The notes below the pieces were generated by a model, which was not told where the DNA came from, made no database searches, and saw only the letters and a program-made list of their open reading frames with translations. From Macrostomum hystrix (taxonomy: Eukaryota > Animalia > Platyhelminthes): a stretch of DNA of 64,000 bases. Numbering within the stretch: position 1 is the stretch's first letter; the number at the start of each line of letters is the position of its first letter. Positions 30,770 through 42,349 of the stretch are shown here, in pieces. The position numbers were made by a program, and so were the translations under genes. Location: NCBI GenBank assembly GCA_950097015.1, contig CATNEN010000029.1, positions 930,001 to 994,000 on the forward strand. Direction: 5' to 3'.

Positions 30770-33700
30770 AATCTCATTCCGATTTACCCTGAGAATCTCA
30801 TTCTTATTTACTCAGAGAATCTCATTCTTATTTACTCAGAGAATCTCATTCTGAGTGACCCTGAGAATCTAATTCCGATTTACTCAGAGAATCCCATTTT
30901 GATTTACTCAGAGAATCTCATTCTGATTTACCCTGAGAATCTCATTCTGATTTACCTTGAGAACCTCATTCCGATTGACCCTGAGAATCTCATTTTGATT
31001 GACCCTGAAAATCTCATTCCGATTTACTCAGAGAATCTCATTCTGATTGACCCTGAGAATCTCATTCCGATTTACTCAGAGAATCTCATTCTGATTTACC
31101 TTGAGAACCTCATTCTGATTGACCCTGAGAATCTCATTCTGATTTACCTTGAGAACCTCATTCTGATTGACCCTGAGAATCTCATTTTGATTGACCCTGA
31201 AAATCTCATTCCGATTTACTCAGAGAATCTCATTCTGATTGACCCTGAGAATCTCATTCCGATTTACTTAGAGAATCTCATTCTGATTGACCCTGAGAAT
31301 CTCATTTTGATTTACTCAGAGAATCTCATTCTAATTTACTCAGAGAATCTCATTCTGATTTACTCAGAGAATCTCATTCTTATTTACTCAGATAATCTCA
31401 TTCTGATTTACTCAGAGAATCTCATTCTGATTTACCCTGAGAATCTCATTCTTATTTACTCAGAGAACCTCATTCTGACTTACCTTGAGAATTTCATTCT
31501 GATTTACCCCTTGAGAAGTTCATTCTGATTTACTCAGAGAACCTCATTCTGATTTACCTTGAGAATCTCATTCCGATTTACCTTGAGAACCTCATTCTGA
31601 TTTACCTTGAGAACCTCATTCCGATTTACCTTGAGAATCTCATTCCGATTTACCTTGAGAACCTCATTCTGATTTACCTTGAGAATCTCATTCCGATTTA
31701 CCTTGAGAACCTCATTCTGATTTACCTTGAGAACCTCATTCCGATTTACCTTGAGAACCTCATTCTGATTTACTCAGAGAATCTCATTCTTATTTACTCA
31801 GAGAATCTCATTCTGATTTACTCAGAGAATCTCATTCTGATTTACTCAGAGAATCTCATTCTGATTTACTCAGAGAATCTCATTCTGATTTACCCTGAGA
31901 ATCTCATTCTTATTTACTCAGAGAACCTCATTCTGACTTACCTTGAGAATTTCATTCTAATTTACCCCTTGAGAAGTTCATTCTGATTTACTCAGAGAAC
32001 CTCATTCTGATTTACCTTGAGAATCTCATTCCGATTTACCTTGAGAACCTCATTCTGATTTACCTTGAGAACCTCATTCTGATTTACCTTGAGAATCTCA
32101 TTCCGATTTACCTTGAGAACCTCATTCTGATTTACTCAGAGAATCTCATTCTTATTTACTCAGAGAATCTCATTCTGATTTACTCAGAGAATCTCATTCT
32201 GATTTACTCAGAGAATCTCATTCTGATTTACTCAGAGAATCTCATTCTGATTTACTCAGAGAATCTCATTCTGATTTACCCTGAGAATCTCATTCTGATT
32301 GACCTTGAGAACCTCATTCTGATTGACCCTGAGAATCTCATTCTGATTTACCTTGAGAACCTCATTCTGATTGACCCTGAGAATCTCATTTTGATTTACC
32401 TTGAGAACCTCATTCTGATTGACGCTGAGAATCTCATTTTGATTGACCCTGAAAATCTCATTCGGATTTACTCAGAGAATCTCATTCTGATTGACCCTGA
32501 GAATCTCATTCTGATTTACCTTGAGAATCTCATTCCGATTTACCTTGAGAACCTCATTCTGATTTACTCAGAGAATCTCATTCTGATTTACTCAGAGAAT
32601 CTCATTCTGATTTACTCAGAGAATCTCATTCTGATTTACTCAGAGAATCTCATTCTGATTTACTCAGAGAATCTCATTCCAATTTACTCAGAGAATCTCA
32701 TTCTGATTTACTCAGAGAATCTCATTCTGATTTACCCTGAGAATCTTATTCTGATTTACCCCTTGAGAAGTTCATTCTGATTTACTCAGAGAACCTCATT
32801 CTGATTTACCTTGAGAACCTCATTCTGATTTACCTTGAGAACCTCATTCTGATTTACTCAGAGAATCTCATTCTTATTTACTCAGATAATCTCATTCTGA
32901 TTTACTCAGAGAATCTCATTCTGATTTACCCTGAGAATCTCATTCTTATTTACTCAGAGAACCTCATTCTGACTTACCTTGAGAATTTCATTCTGATTTA
33001 CCCCTTGAGAAGTTCATTCTGATTTACTCAGAGAATCTCATTCTTATTTACTCAGAGAATCTCATTCTGATTTACTCAGAGAATCTCATTCTTATTTACT
33101 CAGAGAATCTCATTCTGATTTACTCAGAGAATCTCATTCTGATTTACTCAGAGAATCTCATTCTGATTTACTCAGAGAATCTCATTCTGATTTACCCTGA
33201 GAATCTCATTCTGATTTACCTTGAGAACCTCATTCTGATTGACCCTGAGAATCTCATTTTGATTGACCCTGAAAATCTCATTCCGATTTACTCAGAGAAT
33301 CTCATTCTGATTGACCCTGAGAATCTCATTCTGATTTACCTTGAGAATCTCATTCCGATTTACCTTGAGAACCTCATTCTGATTTACCTTGAGAACCTCA
33401 TTCCGATTTACCTTGAGAACCTCATTCTGATTTACTCAGAGAATCTCATTCTTATTTACTCAGAGAATCTCATTCTGATTTACTCAGAGAATCTCATTCT
33501 GATTTACTCAGAGAATCTCATTCTGATTTACTCAGAGAATCTCATTCCAATTTACTCAGAGAATCTCATTCTGATTTATCTTGAGAACCCCATTCTGATT
33601 TAACTTGAGAACCCCATTCTGATTTACCTTGAGAACCTCATTCTGATTTACCTTGAGAACCTCATTCTGATTTACCTTGAGAATCTCATTCTGATTTACC

Positions 33701-34240
33701 TTGAGAACCTCATTCTGATTTACCTTGAGAACCTCATTCTGATTTATCTTGAGAACCCCATTCTGATTTACCTTGAGAATCTCATTCTGATTTACCTTGA
33801 GAATCTCATTCTGATATACCCTGAGAACATCATTATGATTTACCTTGAGAACCCCATTCTGATTTACCTTGAGAATCTCATTCTGATTTACTCAGAGAAT
33901 CTCATTCTGATTTACTCAGAGAATCTCATTCTGATTTACTCAGAGAATCTCATTCTGATTTACCCTGAGAATCTCATTCTGATTTACCCTGAGAATTTCA
34001 TTCTGATTTACCCTGAGAATTTCATTCTGATTTACCCTGAGAATCTCATTCTGATTTACCCTGAGAACCTCATTCTGATTTACCTTGAGAATCTCATTCT
34101 GATTGACCCTGAGAATTTCATTCTGATTTCCTTGAGAATCTCATTCTGATTTACCCTGAGAATCTCATTCTGGTTGACCCTGAGAATCTCATTCCGATTT
34201 ACTCTGAGAACCTCATTCTGATTTACCTTGAGAATCTCAT
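30770..34240. repeat. 24-bp satellite (GAGAATCTCATTCTGATTTACTCA), ~3.5 kb
   Basis: About 140 tandem units with larger internal block duplications; explains the ENLILIYS ORFs. Confidence 0.96.
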
Positions 34241-35116
34241 TAGAATTGAATTGCCTTTTAATTGAATTACACGGTTGGGAATCGGCATCGGACAAGAAAT
34301 ATAGACATTGTCTTCTTTCTATCGGAATGTTTTAAAGTACTTTATTGATACAAAACAGAGTTTTCCGGGGAAAATTGTGCTAACAATACTCGTAAAGGCA
34401 TGCATTGAATTCTAGTGCTTAAAAATACCTCATTAAAACAAAAGCTTTAGTACAATAAGTTAGCTCTGTCAGCATGTGATGACTAGTGCCAGCCTAGCTG
34501 TCTGAAACTTTCCATTGTTCAGATTGAAGCCAATTCTGTTTTGGCCTGCATAGATTTAGGCCATAAAATTGGCACTGCAAAACTAATTTGTAGCTAAGTC
34601 TAAAAAATCGGCAGAATTCGATTTAAGGACGTCACGAGTTCGAATCTCAGTCCAAGGGAGTAATCTGTGTCCTTAACAATAGGAAGACCACTGGAATTTC
34701 AAATACCAAATTTTTTAATACATCTCCCAAAAGACAACTTCCAGAATCACAAAACATCGACACCGTCGATTGTCATATTGTCACAATTGTCATATTATTG
34801 TTGCTAGCATTATTTTTTGTTTACCGTATAATTCTTGAAATTTCACTAAAGGGCATAAACTAATGTACATTAATAAATAATCGTATCAAGATTCATAAAT
34901 TATTTACTCTGTATACGCAATATAATTTTTCTGTGTGTAACTATAATATTGCCTGTGCTTTGCTTTGTTATACTGTACGCATTTTTCCGAAATTTCCGGT
35001 CATTGCGCAATACATCTATAAATGCTCGCGACCGCAAGCCTAAATCATTCAGGATATTTAATTGCGATTAGACGATTGACTTTATCAAACATTTATCAAT
35101 CATTCAGGAGATTTAA

Positions 35117-35727
35117 AAGTAGATCTACCAAGGGGGGATTTCCCTGACAATTTTTGTGCTGCACCCGAACGGAACAATGCAAGCACACGAAACTCAAGAA
35201 CACGGGCCAACTTTTTGTTGCGCATCTTCTGAAACAAGAAACAAGTCCCCAGCTCTTCAGACCGTCGAGATATTCAATGTTTCTGGCCGAAGGTCCGATT
35301 TTTCCCATAAGAGCTAGTGTGTTTCATACACCCCTATACACGAATTTGCACTGCGCCTCAGTGCGGCCTTTCCAGACCTTCAAACTTTATCAGCATGTCA
35401 CCCGAATGTGCCTGCATCATCTCATACTTCGGCGGTCACCGACCTTTATCTAGATCTATCTCTCTTATCTATCTAGACCTTCAAGAGCTACAACAGGTGG
35501 AACTAGGCCACTATGGACACCCTGACGCGAATTTCTCCAATTTCACTGTTCAAGCCTAACTATTAGGCGCAGCTCAACCACAGGACACCCTCGACTAGTC
35601 TCTCAACCAATCAGTCACCTCCAAAGCATTCAGGCGCTGGCAAAAACATTTTCAACAAGGCTGGCAACAAGGGGAAATCCCCCCTTGGTATAAAAACGGG
35701 CGGCAAAATGGCTTGGTAGTCCTACTG
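35117..35727. mobile_element. Non-autonomous DNA transposon (MITE) with TTAA target site
   Basis: Imperfect TIRs (AAGTAGATCTACCAAG / CTTGGTAGTCCTACTG), an inner inverted pair CCAAGGGGGGATTTCCC / GGGAAATCCCCCCTTGG, and TTAA at 35113-35116 and 35728-35731. A related copy lies at 53082-53638. Confidence 0.75.
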
Positions 35728-35989
35728 TTAATTGCGATTAAACGATTGACTTTAACAAACAAAACTGAATCACCAACTTCGCTCCATTCTTTGAACAAAA
35801 AACCATTACAAATATCTCGACGATATAGACTCGGACGGCTTTGAAAGCTGGTTAATCAAACAGTGTGGAAAAATTGAATCCATATGGTGGACTTTCACGA
35901 AAATCGGTCATTCCGTTTGGCAGCTATCGGGAAATAGGCAGTGGGTATTTGAAATACCGCCGTGATTTACTGTAGCTGCAATATTTGTA

Positions 35990-36110
35990 TGAGCATCAGC
36001 TGGGGTAGAAATTCGCAAGAGTGTGGCGGCCTACCGGCCAGTCCATGGACTGAACAGCTGTACACAGCCATAGGACGCGCGCGCAGTAGCTGCGGCTGTG
36101 TACATCCGGC
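35990..36110 (+). mobile_element. SINE family A, 3' fragment (diverged)
   Basis: CATCAGCTGGG...CAGTCCATGGACTGAACAGCTGTACACAGCC motif. Similar fragments occur at ~305-360, ~7850-7905 (minus) and ~11725-11780. Confidence 0.6.
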
Positions 36111-36733
36111 TTTAACAATATTTCTTATCGATTAAATAAATGAGTGACAGATTAAGTATAATGAGAAACGCGAATACTCAAGTACGTGATCTAATAAAGA
36201 TAAGAAGTTCATTTAATTGAGTAATTTATTTAAGCGGCCATCAAAATAGAATTGGAACAGTGGGGTGGAATACGAGGTACACATGAACGATGAACAGCAG
36301 CATATGGCGCAATGCTTCTTTTCATTTTCAAGTTCTGCACTATTCGCAAAACTCTATGGCGAATATGGCGATCGACAAGTTCAACATTTATGAAAACATG
36401 CTTGAGGCTTTTGAGATCACGGACTCAGAATGTGCGGGCCGGTAGACCATGGCAGGACTCAGTAGCAGTAGGAAATAATACTACTACCAGTAAGTGAAGC
36501 AAACTCAGGTGAGTCTGTGAGGCCGTTGACATATCTGTGGATAAATTTCAAATTGGCGCCAAAAATTTAAGATTTTGTTGCTATCTCAAATTAAAAGACC
36601 AAGAAAGTTTCTGTGTCTGACGCTTAGACTTGATGCTTATAACTTGGATACAAAACCTTTTGGCGCTATTTTAAACTTATTTTCCAACTATTCTTAACTG
36701 ATGAATCAGCAGATCGCGTCTAAAAGCTGGAAT

Positions 36734-38683
36734 CTAGATCAGGGTCTCCCGGGCGATTGGCGAGTGCGAACTGTCGCCGTAGTAGCGCCGAACAATGCGA
36801 GGTCGAAAGCCGGCCCCGAAATCGGCCGCTGCCGCGACGTCACTCGCGCCGCCAGCCTCGCAGAAGCTGCTCTCGGCGTAGCGCTTGCCGACTCGCCTGA
36901 CTCGACCAGAGGCCGACACGCATCTTTCGCAGCCGTTGCAGCCGAAGCCGATGTGGTATGGCGGAGGCTGCGCAGCCTGGTGAAGCGGCGGAGGTGGCGG
37001 CGGCGGCGGCGACGGCGGCTGTTCAGTCACCATGGCCTGGTGTTGTCGCACCAGCAGCGGCTGCTGCGCACTCGTCGAAGGAAGCGACGGCATCATTGTT
37101 GACGCTCCTGCGGCGAACTGCGGCAACAGCGGCGATGGAGGAGTTACGGGTCGCCGCCATTGCTGCTGCTGCTGCTGCTGATGTTGAAGCTGCGTTGTCT
37201 TGCGGCGCATCGGCGGCTGTCCCGAGTTCGAGCGATGATGACGCGGACATCGCTGGGAATGTTGCTTTTCCTGCTGCTGCTTCTGGCGATTGCGGCGGCG
37301 GCGCCGACCAGCGCTAGGGGTCTCGTTGGCCTCATGGCCAGCCTGCTCCAATTCCCTGACTTCGTTCTCATCTTCCTCCTCGTCTTCGACATTCTCGTCC
37401 TCTTCGTCCGCGTCCTCCTCCGGCTCGGCTGGCTCCTCCTGCTTGGTGGCGCCGCCGCTGCGTCTGCGCCGACGCCCAACGTCGCAATAGTCGACGCGAG
37501 CCCGCTGCAGACTGGCCCGCTGCTTCTGGGTGGCGATACGCAGCAGGATTACGTCACACAGCATGGAGGACAGGCCGAACAGGGCCAGGCCGCTGCCCAG
37601 ATTCATCGACAAGCTGTAGAAGTTGAACCGACCGCCTTCCCCGCTGACGGTGACGAAGATCTTGATGCCGTAGGCGTGCACCAGCATTCGACGGTCCTGG
37701 CTCTCGCTGCGATAATTGTAGGCGTACTGCACCGAGAAGCCCTCGATGTCGGTGCCCTTGCCGGTGTCGAGCTCGCGGAAGTGGTACTGCGGCAAGCAGC
37801 GCTCCTCGGACAGGTCGAAGTTGCACTGCCAGGAGATGTCGATGCCGAAGGCGCCGCCTATTTTGTATACCTCCTCGCTTGTCGTGCCGGCGTAGGCGAG
37901 GATGTCGCCGAGGCGGAACACCGGGCAATAGGTGAGGTTGGGGTGCGACTGGTCATACAGGCAGGTGTTGAGGTACTCGCTTGTCATCCAGTCCAAAATG
38001 TTGCGCCGCTTCTTGTCGAACGCTCGAAAATCAACGCTGTTCTTCAGCTGAACGGTGAAGTTGCGGGCCCTGCTGAGCACGGAGCCCACCGGCAGGTTGA
38101 AGGCGTCCTGACTTGGCGCCGGGCACCAGCCGTAGCTCACGCAGGTCTGCGTCTCCAGGTTGCAACGGCCGGTGCGTCGGCCGTGGCTGCTGATGCTGCC
38201 GGCTGGGCAGTCGGTGTCCCGGTCGCAGTGGCCCGTAGACTCCGGGCACTCGCTCATGGCCTGCCGGTCAGTCACCCGGGCGTTGGTGGTGATGAAGATG
38301 GCGCCGTTCATGATTGGCGGAATGATGTAGTCGGCCGAGTCCCATACTCTGGCCCCGTAGTCGGGATCGTCTGTTCGGTTCACAAAGTCCAGGCCCTTGA
38401 CCTTAAACACCACGCCACCCTCTGGCGTCTCCTTCACCTGGTAGCCCTTCTTGTGCCAGATGATGTAGAATAGAAAGTACACAATTACGGACAGCTGAAC
38501 GCCGCGGTAGAACAGGCCGAACTTGACGCTGCGAATCACCACCACCTTCTGCAGGCGGTACTCGAAAAAGCCGGCCAGCATGCGGCTGAAGAACGGCCTC
38601 AGGGAGCACATCTCCTTGCTGGCTGGCTGCTGACGAGGCGCTGGCTGATGCAACTCGCTGCCGCTCGACGATCTCAGCTTCAT
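36734..38683 (-). CDS. P2RX: P2X purinoceptor-family ion channel subunit, intronless, 649 aa with a long low-complexity C-tail
   Basis: Single ORF with FFEY..K, TM1, KGYQ, FKVKG, WDSADY, ten conserved ectodomain cysteines, NFTVQLKN, CPVFRLG, YGI and TM2 NLGSGLALFG...LCD. Confidence 0.93.
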   Translation of the reverse strand: MKLRSSSGSELHQPAPRQQPASKEMCSLRPFFSRMLAGFFEYRLQKVVVIRSVKFGLFYRGVQLSVIVYFLFYIIWHKKGYQVKETPEGGVVFKVKGLDFVNRTDDPDYGARVWDSADYIIPPIMNGAIFITTNARVTDRQAMSECPESTGHCDRDTDCPAGSISSHGRRTGRCNLETQTCVSYGWCPAPSQDAFNLPVGSVLSRARNFTVQLKNSVDFRAFDKKRRNILDWMTSEYLNTCLYDQSHPNLTYCPVFRLGDILAYAGTTSEEVYKIGGAFGIDISWQCNFDLSEERCLPQYHFRELDTGKGTDIEGFSVQYAYNYRSESQDRRMLVHAYGIKIFVTVSGEGGRFNFYSLSMNLGSGLALFGLSSMLCDVILLRIATQKQRASLQRARVDYCDVGRRRRRSGGATKQEEPAEPEEDADEEDENVEDEEEDENEVRELEQAGHEANETPSAGRRRRRNRQKQQQEKQHSQRCPRHHRSNSGQPPMRRKTTQLQHQQQQQQQWRRPVTPPSPLLPQFAAGASTMMPSLPSTSAQQPLLVRQHQAMVTEQPPSPPPPPPPPLHQAAQPPPYHIGFGCNGCERCVSASGRVRRVGKRYAESSFCEAGGASDVAAAADFGAGFRPRIVRRYYGDSSHSPIARETLI

Positions 38684-39754
38684 CGTTGAGCGCCAAGTCT
38701 TCAGTCATTTTAGCACACAGGTTCCTGTCCCGCTCACGCTCACTGAGCAGGGAGAAGGCCCAAGCGACCCGATTGGACCAGACGGGTCTAGCTTTCCAAG
38801 ACAGCGAGGCCCTCCCCCCGGCTGCCGTTCTGAGGCCCAAGTCTGTCTTCTTGCCCCACATCTCTGACCTCCTTTCTCCCTCACGCGCTCTGCTCTTGCT
38901 CTACTTGCTCTACACGTTGCCGCCCTTCCCACACAACTCTTCCCGGTCCTCTCCCTTTCTGTATTTTGCTTTGGCAAATAAAATTCAACTGGCGGCGCGA
39001 GGCTAGATGAGTAGGCGAAGCTGGAACGGCGGTGGCGGGGGGGGAGGTCCGCTGGCAGCGGCCCGGGGCGGTCGGCCCGGGGCCAGGAGGGTCGTGCGAG
39101 ATTAAAAAATGGCACAAGAGAGACAGAGTGGGGGAGAGAGAAGGAGAATGCCGGGTAGAAGGAAACCAGAGGTGGGTGGATGAGGCTCTGAATGGATGGG
39201 ACGGCTTGAGGCGCGGAGTAGGACAAATTCTGCCTCCTATATCTGCAGTAGCTCTGTCTGTTGGGGATCACCGAATCGCTGGGAGTACACGGGCTCGTGC
39301 CAGGCGGGGATCTTCCGAATCCCAATCCGCCTGATCCCTCTCACTCGCCGCATCGGCAAAGCCCAGCCTCTGGGGACTCTCTCCTCCTCGGCGGCCCGTT
39401 CCCCCGGTTTTATCCTCCGGCCCTGATCAGCCGCAATTCTCCCCAAAGATCGGGGGAGGGAGGTGTCGTGATGGGATACGGCGCCTCGGCTGGTACGGAA
39501 TCGAGTGTGAAAAAAGATAGGAAAATTGGTATGCTTAGGCGGAGAAGGGACACCGTCAGACAGGATGAGGGCGATGAGATGGAGAAGATTACGTTGAGGG
39601 GAGTAAATTTCTGGCTCAGCCGTTCTCAGCCGCTTAACCGCCACACAGCACAGTATGAAATCTAATGCTCAAGCAACTTTGCCACTCTAGACAATGGAAA
39701 TTCTAAGAAAATTCCGTTTCATTTCAATGAAAGGGAGTTCTTTTACCGTGGTAA

Positions 39755-41595
39755 CAGGTGTTTCTGGTGGGACTTGGTGTTTCAGGTGGGAATTGGTGTT
39801 TCAGGTGGGAATTGGTGTTACAGGTGGGAATTGGTGTCTCAGGTGGGAATTGGTGTTTCAGGTGGGAACTGGTGTTTCAGGTGGGAATTGGTGTTACAGG
39901 TGGGAATTGGTGTCTCAGGTGGGAATTGGTGTTTCAGGTGGGAACTGGTGTCTCAGGTGGGAATTGGTGTCTCAAGTGGGAATTGGTGTTACAGGTGGGA
40001 ATTGGTGTCTCAGGTGGGAATTGGTGTTACAGGTGGGAATTGGTGTCTCAGGTGGGAATTGGTGTCTCAAGTGGGAATTGGTGTTACAGGTGGGAATTGG
40101 TGTCTCAGGTGGGAATTGGTGTCTCAAGTGGGAATTGGTGTTACAGGTGGGAATTGGTGTCTCAGGTGGGAATTGGTGTTACAGGTGGGAATTGGCTTCT
40201 CAGGTGAGAATTGGTGTCTCAGGTGGGAATTGGTGTCTCAGGTGAGAATTGGTGTCTCAGGTGGGAATTGGTGTCTCAGGTGAGAATTGGTGTCTCAGGT
40301 GGGAATTGGTGTTTCAGGTGGGAACTGGTGTCTCAGGTGGGAATTGGTGTCTCAGGTGGGAATTGGTGTTACAGGTGGGAATTGGTGTCTCAGGTGGGAA
40401 TTGGTGTTTCAGGTGGGAATTGGTGTTACAAATGGGAATTGGTGTTTCAGGTGGGAATTGGTGTTTCAGGTGGGAATTGGTGTTACAAATGGGAATTGGT
40501 GTTTCAGGTGGGAATTGGTGTCTCAGGTGGGAATTGGTGTCTCAGGTGGGAATTTGTGTCTCAGGTGGGAATTGTGTCTCAGGTGGGAATTGGTGTCTCA
40601 GGTGGGAATTGGTGTTACAGGTGGGAATTGGTGTCTCAGGTGGGAATTGGTGTTTCAGGTGGGAATTGGTGTTACAAATGGGAATTGGTGTTTCAGGTGG
40701 GAATTGGTGTTTCAGGTGGGAATTGGTGTTACAAATGGGAATTGGTGTTTCAGGTGGGAATTGGTGTCTCAGGTGGGAATTGGTGTCTCAGGTGGGAATT
40801 TGTGTCTCAGGTGGGAATTGTGTCTCAGGTGGGAATTGGTGTTTCAGGTGGAAATTGGTGTTTCATGAGGGAATTGGTGTCTCAGGTGGGAATTGGTGTC
40901 TCAGGTGGGAATTGTGTCTCAGGTGGGAATTGGTGTTTCAGGTGGGAATTGGTGTTTCAGGTGGGAATTGGTGTTTCAGGTGGGAATTGGTGTTTCAGGT
41001 GGGAATTGGTGTTTCAGGTGGGAATTGGTGTCTCAGGTGGGAATTGGTGTCTCAGGTGGGAATTGGTGTTACAGGTGGGAATGGTGTCTCAGGAGGGAAT
41101 TTGTGTTTCGGGTGGGAATTGGTGTTTCAGGTGGGAATTGGTGTTTCAGGTGGGAATTGGTGTCTCAGTTGGGAATTGGTGTCTCAGTTGGGAATTGGTG
41201 TTTCAGGTGGGAATTGGTGTTTCAGGTGGGAATTTGTGTCTCAGGAGGGAATTGGTGTTTCATGTGGGAATTGGTGTAACAGGTGGGAATTGGTGTCTCA
41301 GTTGGGAATTGGTGTTACAGGTGGGAATTGGTGTCTCAGGAGGGAATTTGTGTTTCGGGTGGGAATTGGTGTTTCAGGTGGGAATTGGTGTTTCAGGTGG
41401 GAATTGGTGTCTCAGTTGGGAATTGGTGTCTCAGTTGGGAATTGGTGTCTCAGGTGGGAATTGGTGTTTCAGGTGGGAATTGGTGTTTCGGGTGGGAATT
41501 GGTGTTTCATGTGGGAATTGGTGTAACAGGTGGGAATTGGTGTCTCAGGTGTGAATTGGTGTTGATGTCAGGTTAGCATTGGAATTTCAGGTGGG
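39755..41595. repeat. 19-bp minisatellite (GGTGGGAATTGGTGTCTCA)
   Basis: About 95 tandem units; explains the overlapping ORFs at 39694-41576. Confidence 0.96.
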
Positions 41596-42349
41596 AATCG
41601 ATATTCAGTGTCTAACCACTGGGCTAAAAGCGGCCAGAAGTATTCGGAAGCAGTGAAAAAATGTGTGCGTCATAAAACAGGACTATGAAATTTAGGGCTT
41701 AGCGGCCCAAATGAGGATTCTGAGGCTAGATGGGAGTCCGCATGGCGGGGATAATTTTGGAGTTCGCAGCGACAATTAGGAGCATGGAGATGTCGTAGGA
41801 GAAAGTTAAGAGCGTCACGAGCACTGGCAGAGTTAATAAACCCATGGCTTGGGACAGGCTAGCGAGTGATTGTTGGGTAGGGCCACGAACAGGGTCGGGA
41901 GACACACTGGGGCATAGGCAATGTTGCGTGCCCGCGGTATTAAGGTCGCCTCGGTCGATGAGAAAAGGCAGCACAGGGCACCCATCGCTTTTAAATTGAC
42001 GGGGCGCCTAGGGAGGGACTTTGGCAGGAGGGGTGGGAAAGGCGCTCTTGGGAGATTGTTCCCAGACAGCCTCGCGGGCTAGCAAGGTCCAGGAGGGGAG
42101 AATATTCCGCTTGATTCTGTCCCCCAAGCCAAATCCAACCATTCCCCTAGCCTCACCCGGAGAAGGTAGGGATTTTGTTCCCCTCAGCTTCTCCTCGGGT
42201 TCTCCATCTACCGACCCAATATCGGCTGGGTGTTAGGCTTTGCTCGAAGTACAACTGACTTCTAAAGCTAACGCGTGCGGCCCTACCTCTGTGTGAGCTG
42301 CTGTTCACCTGCGACAGCATGTGAAAAGTTGGAGAGGATTGTGATATCC

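Noticed and set aside
30752-34149. ENLILIYS repeat ORFs resembling leucine-rich repeats
   Set aside because: A 24-bp satellite with scattered stops and frameshifts; no splice or start context.
37160-38473. 437-aa plus-strand ORF
   Set aside because: Antisense shadow of the GC-rich P2X coding sequence.
39694-41576. Multiple long Gly/Val/Trp-rich ORFs
   Set aside because: A 19-bp tandem repeat gives the same peptide cycling through all three frames.
41700-42340. GC-richer unique segment between two satellites
   Set aside because: No identifiable ORF homology or terminal structure. It may be a TE remnant but cannot be supported from the sequence alone.
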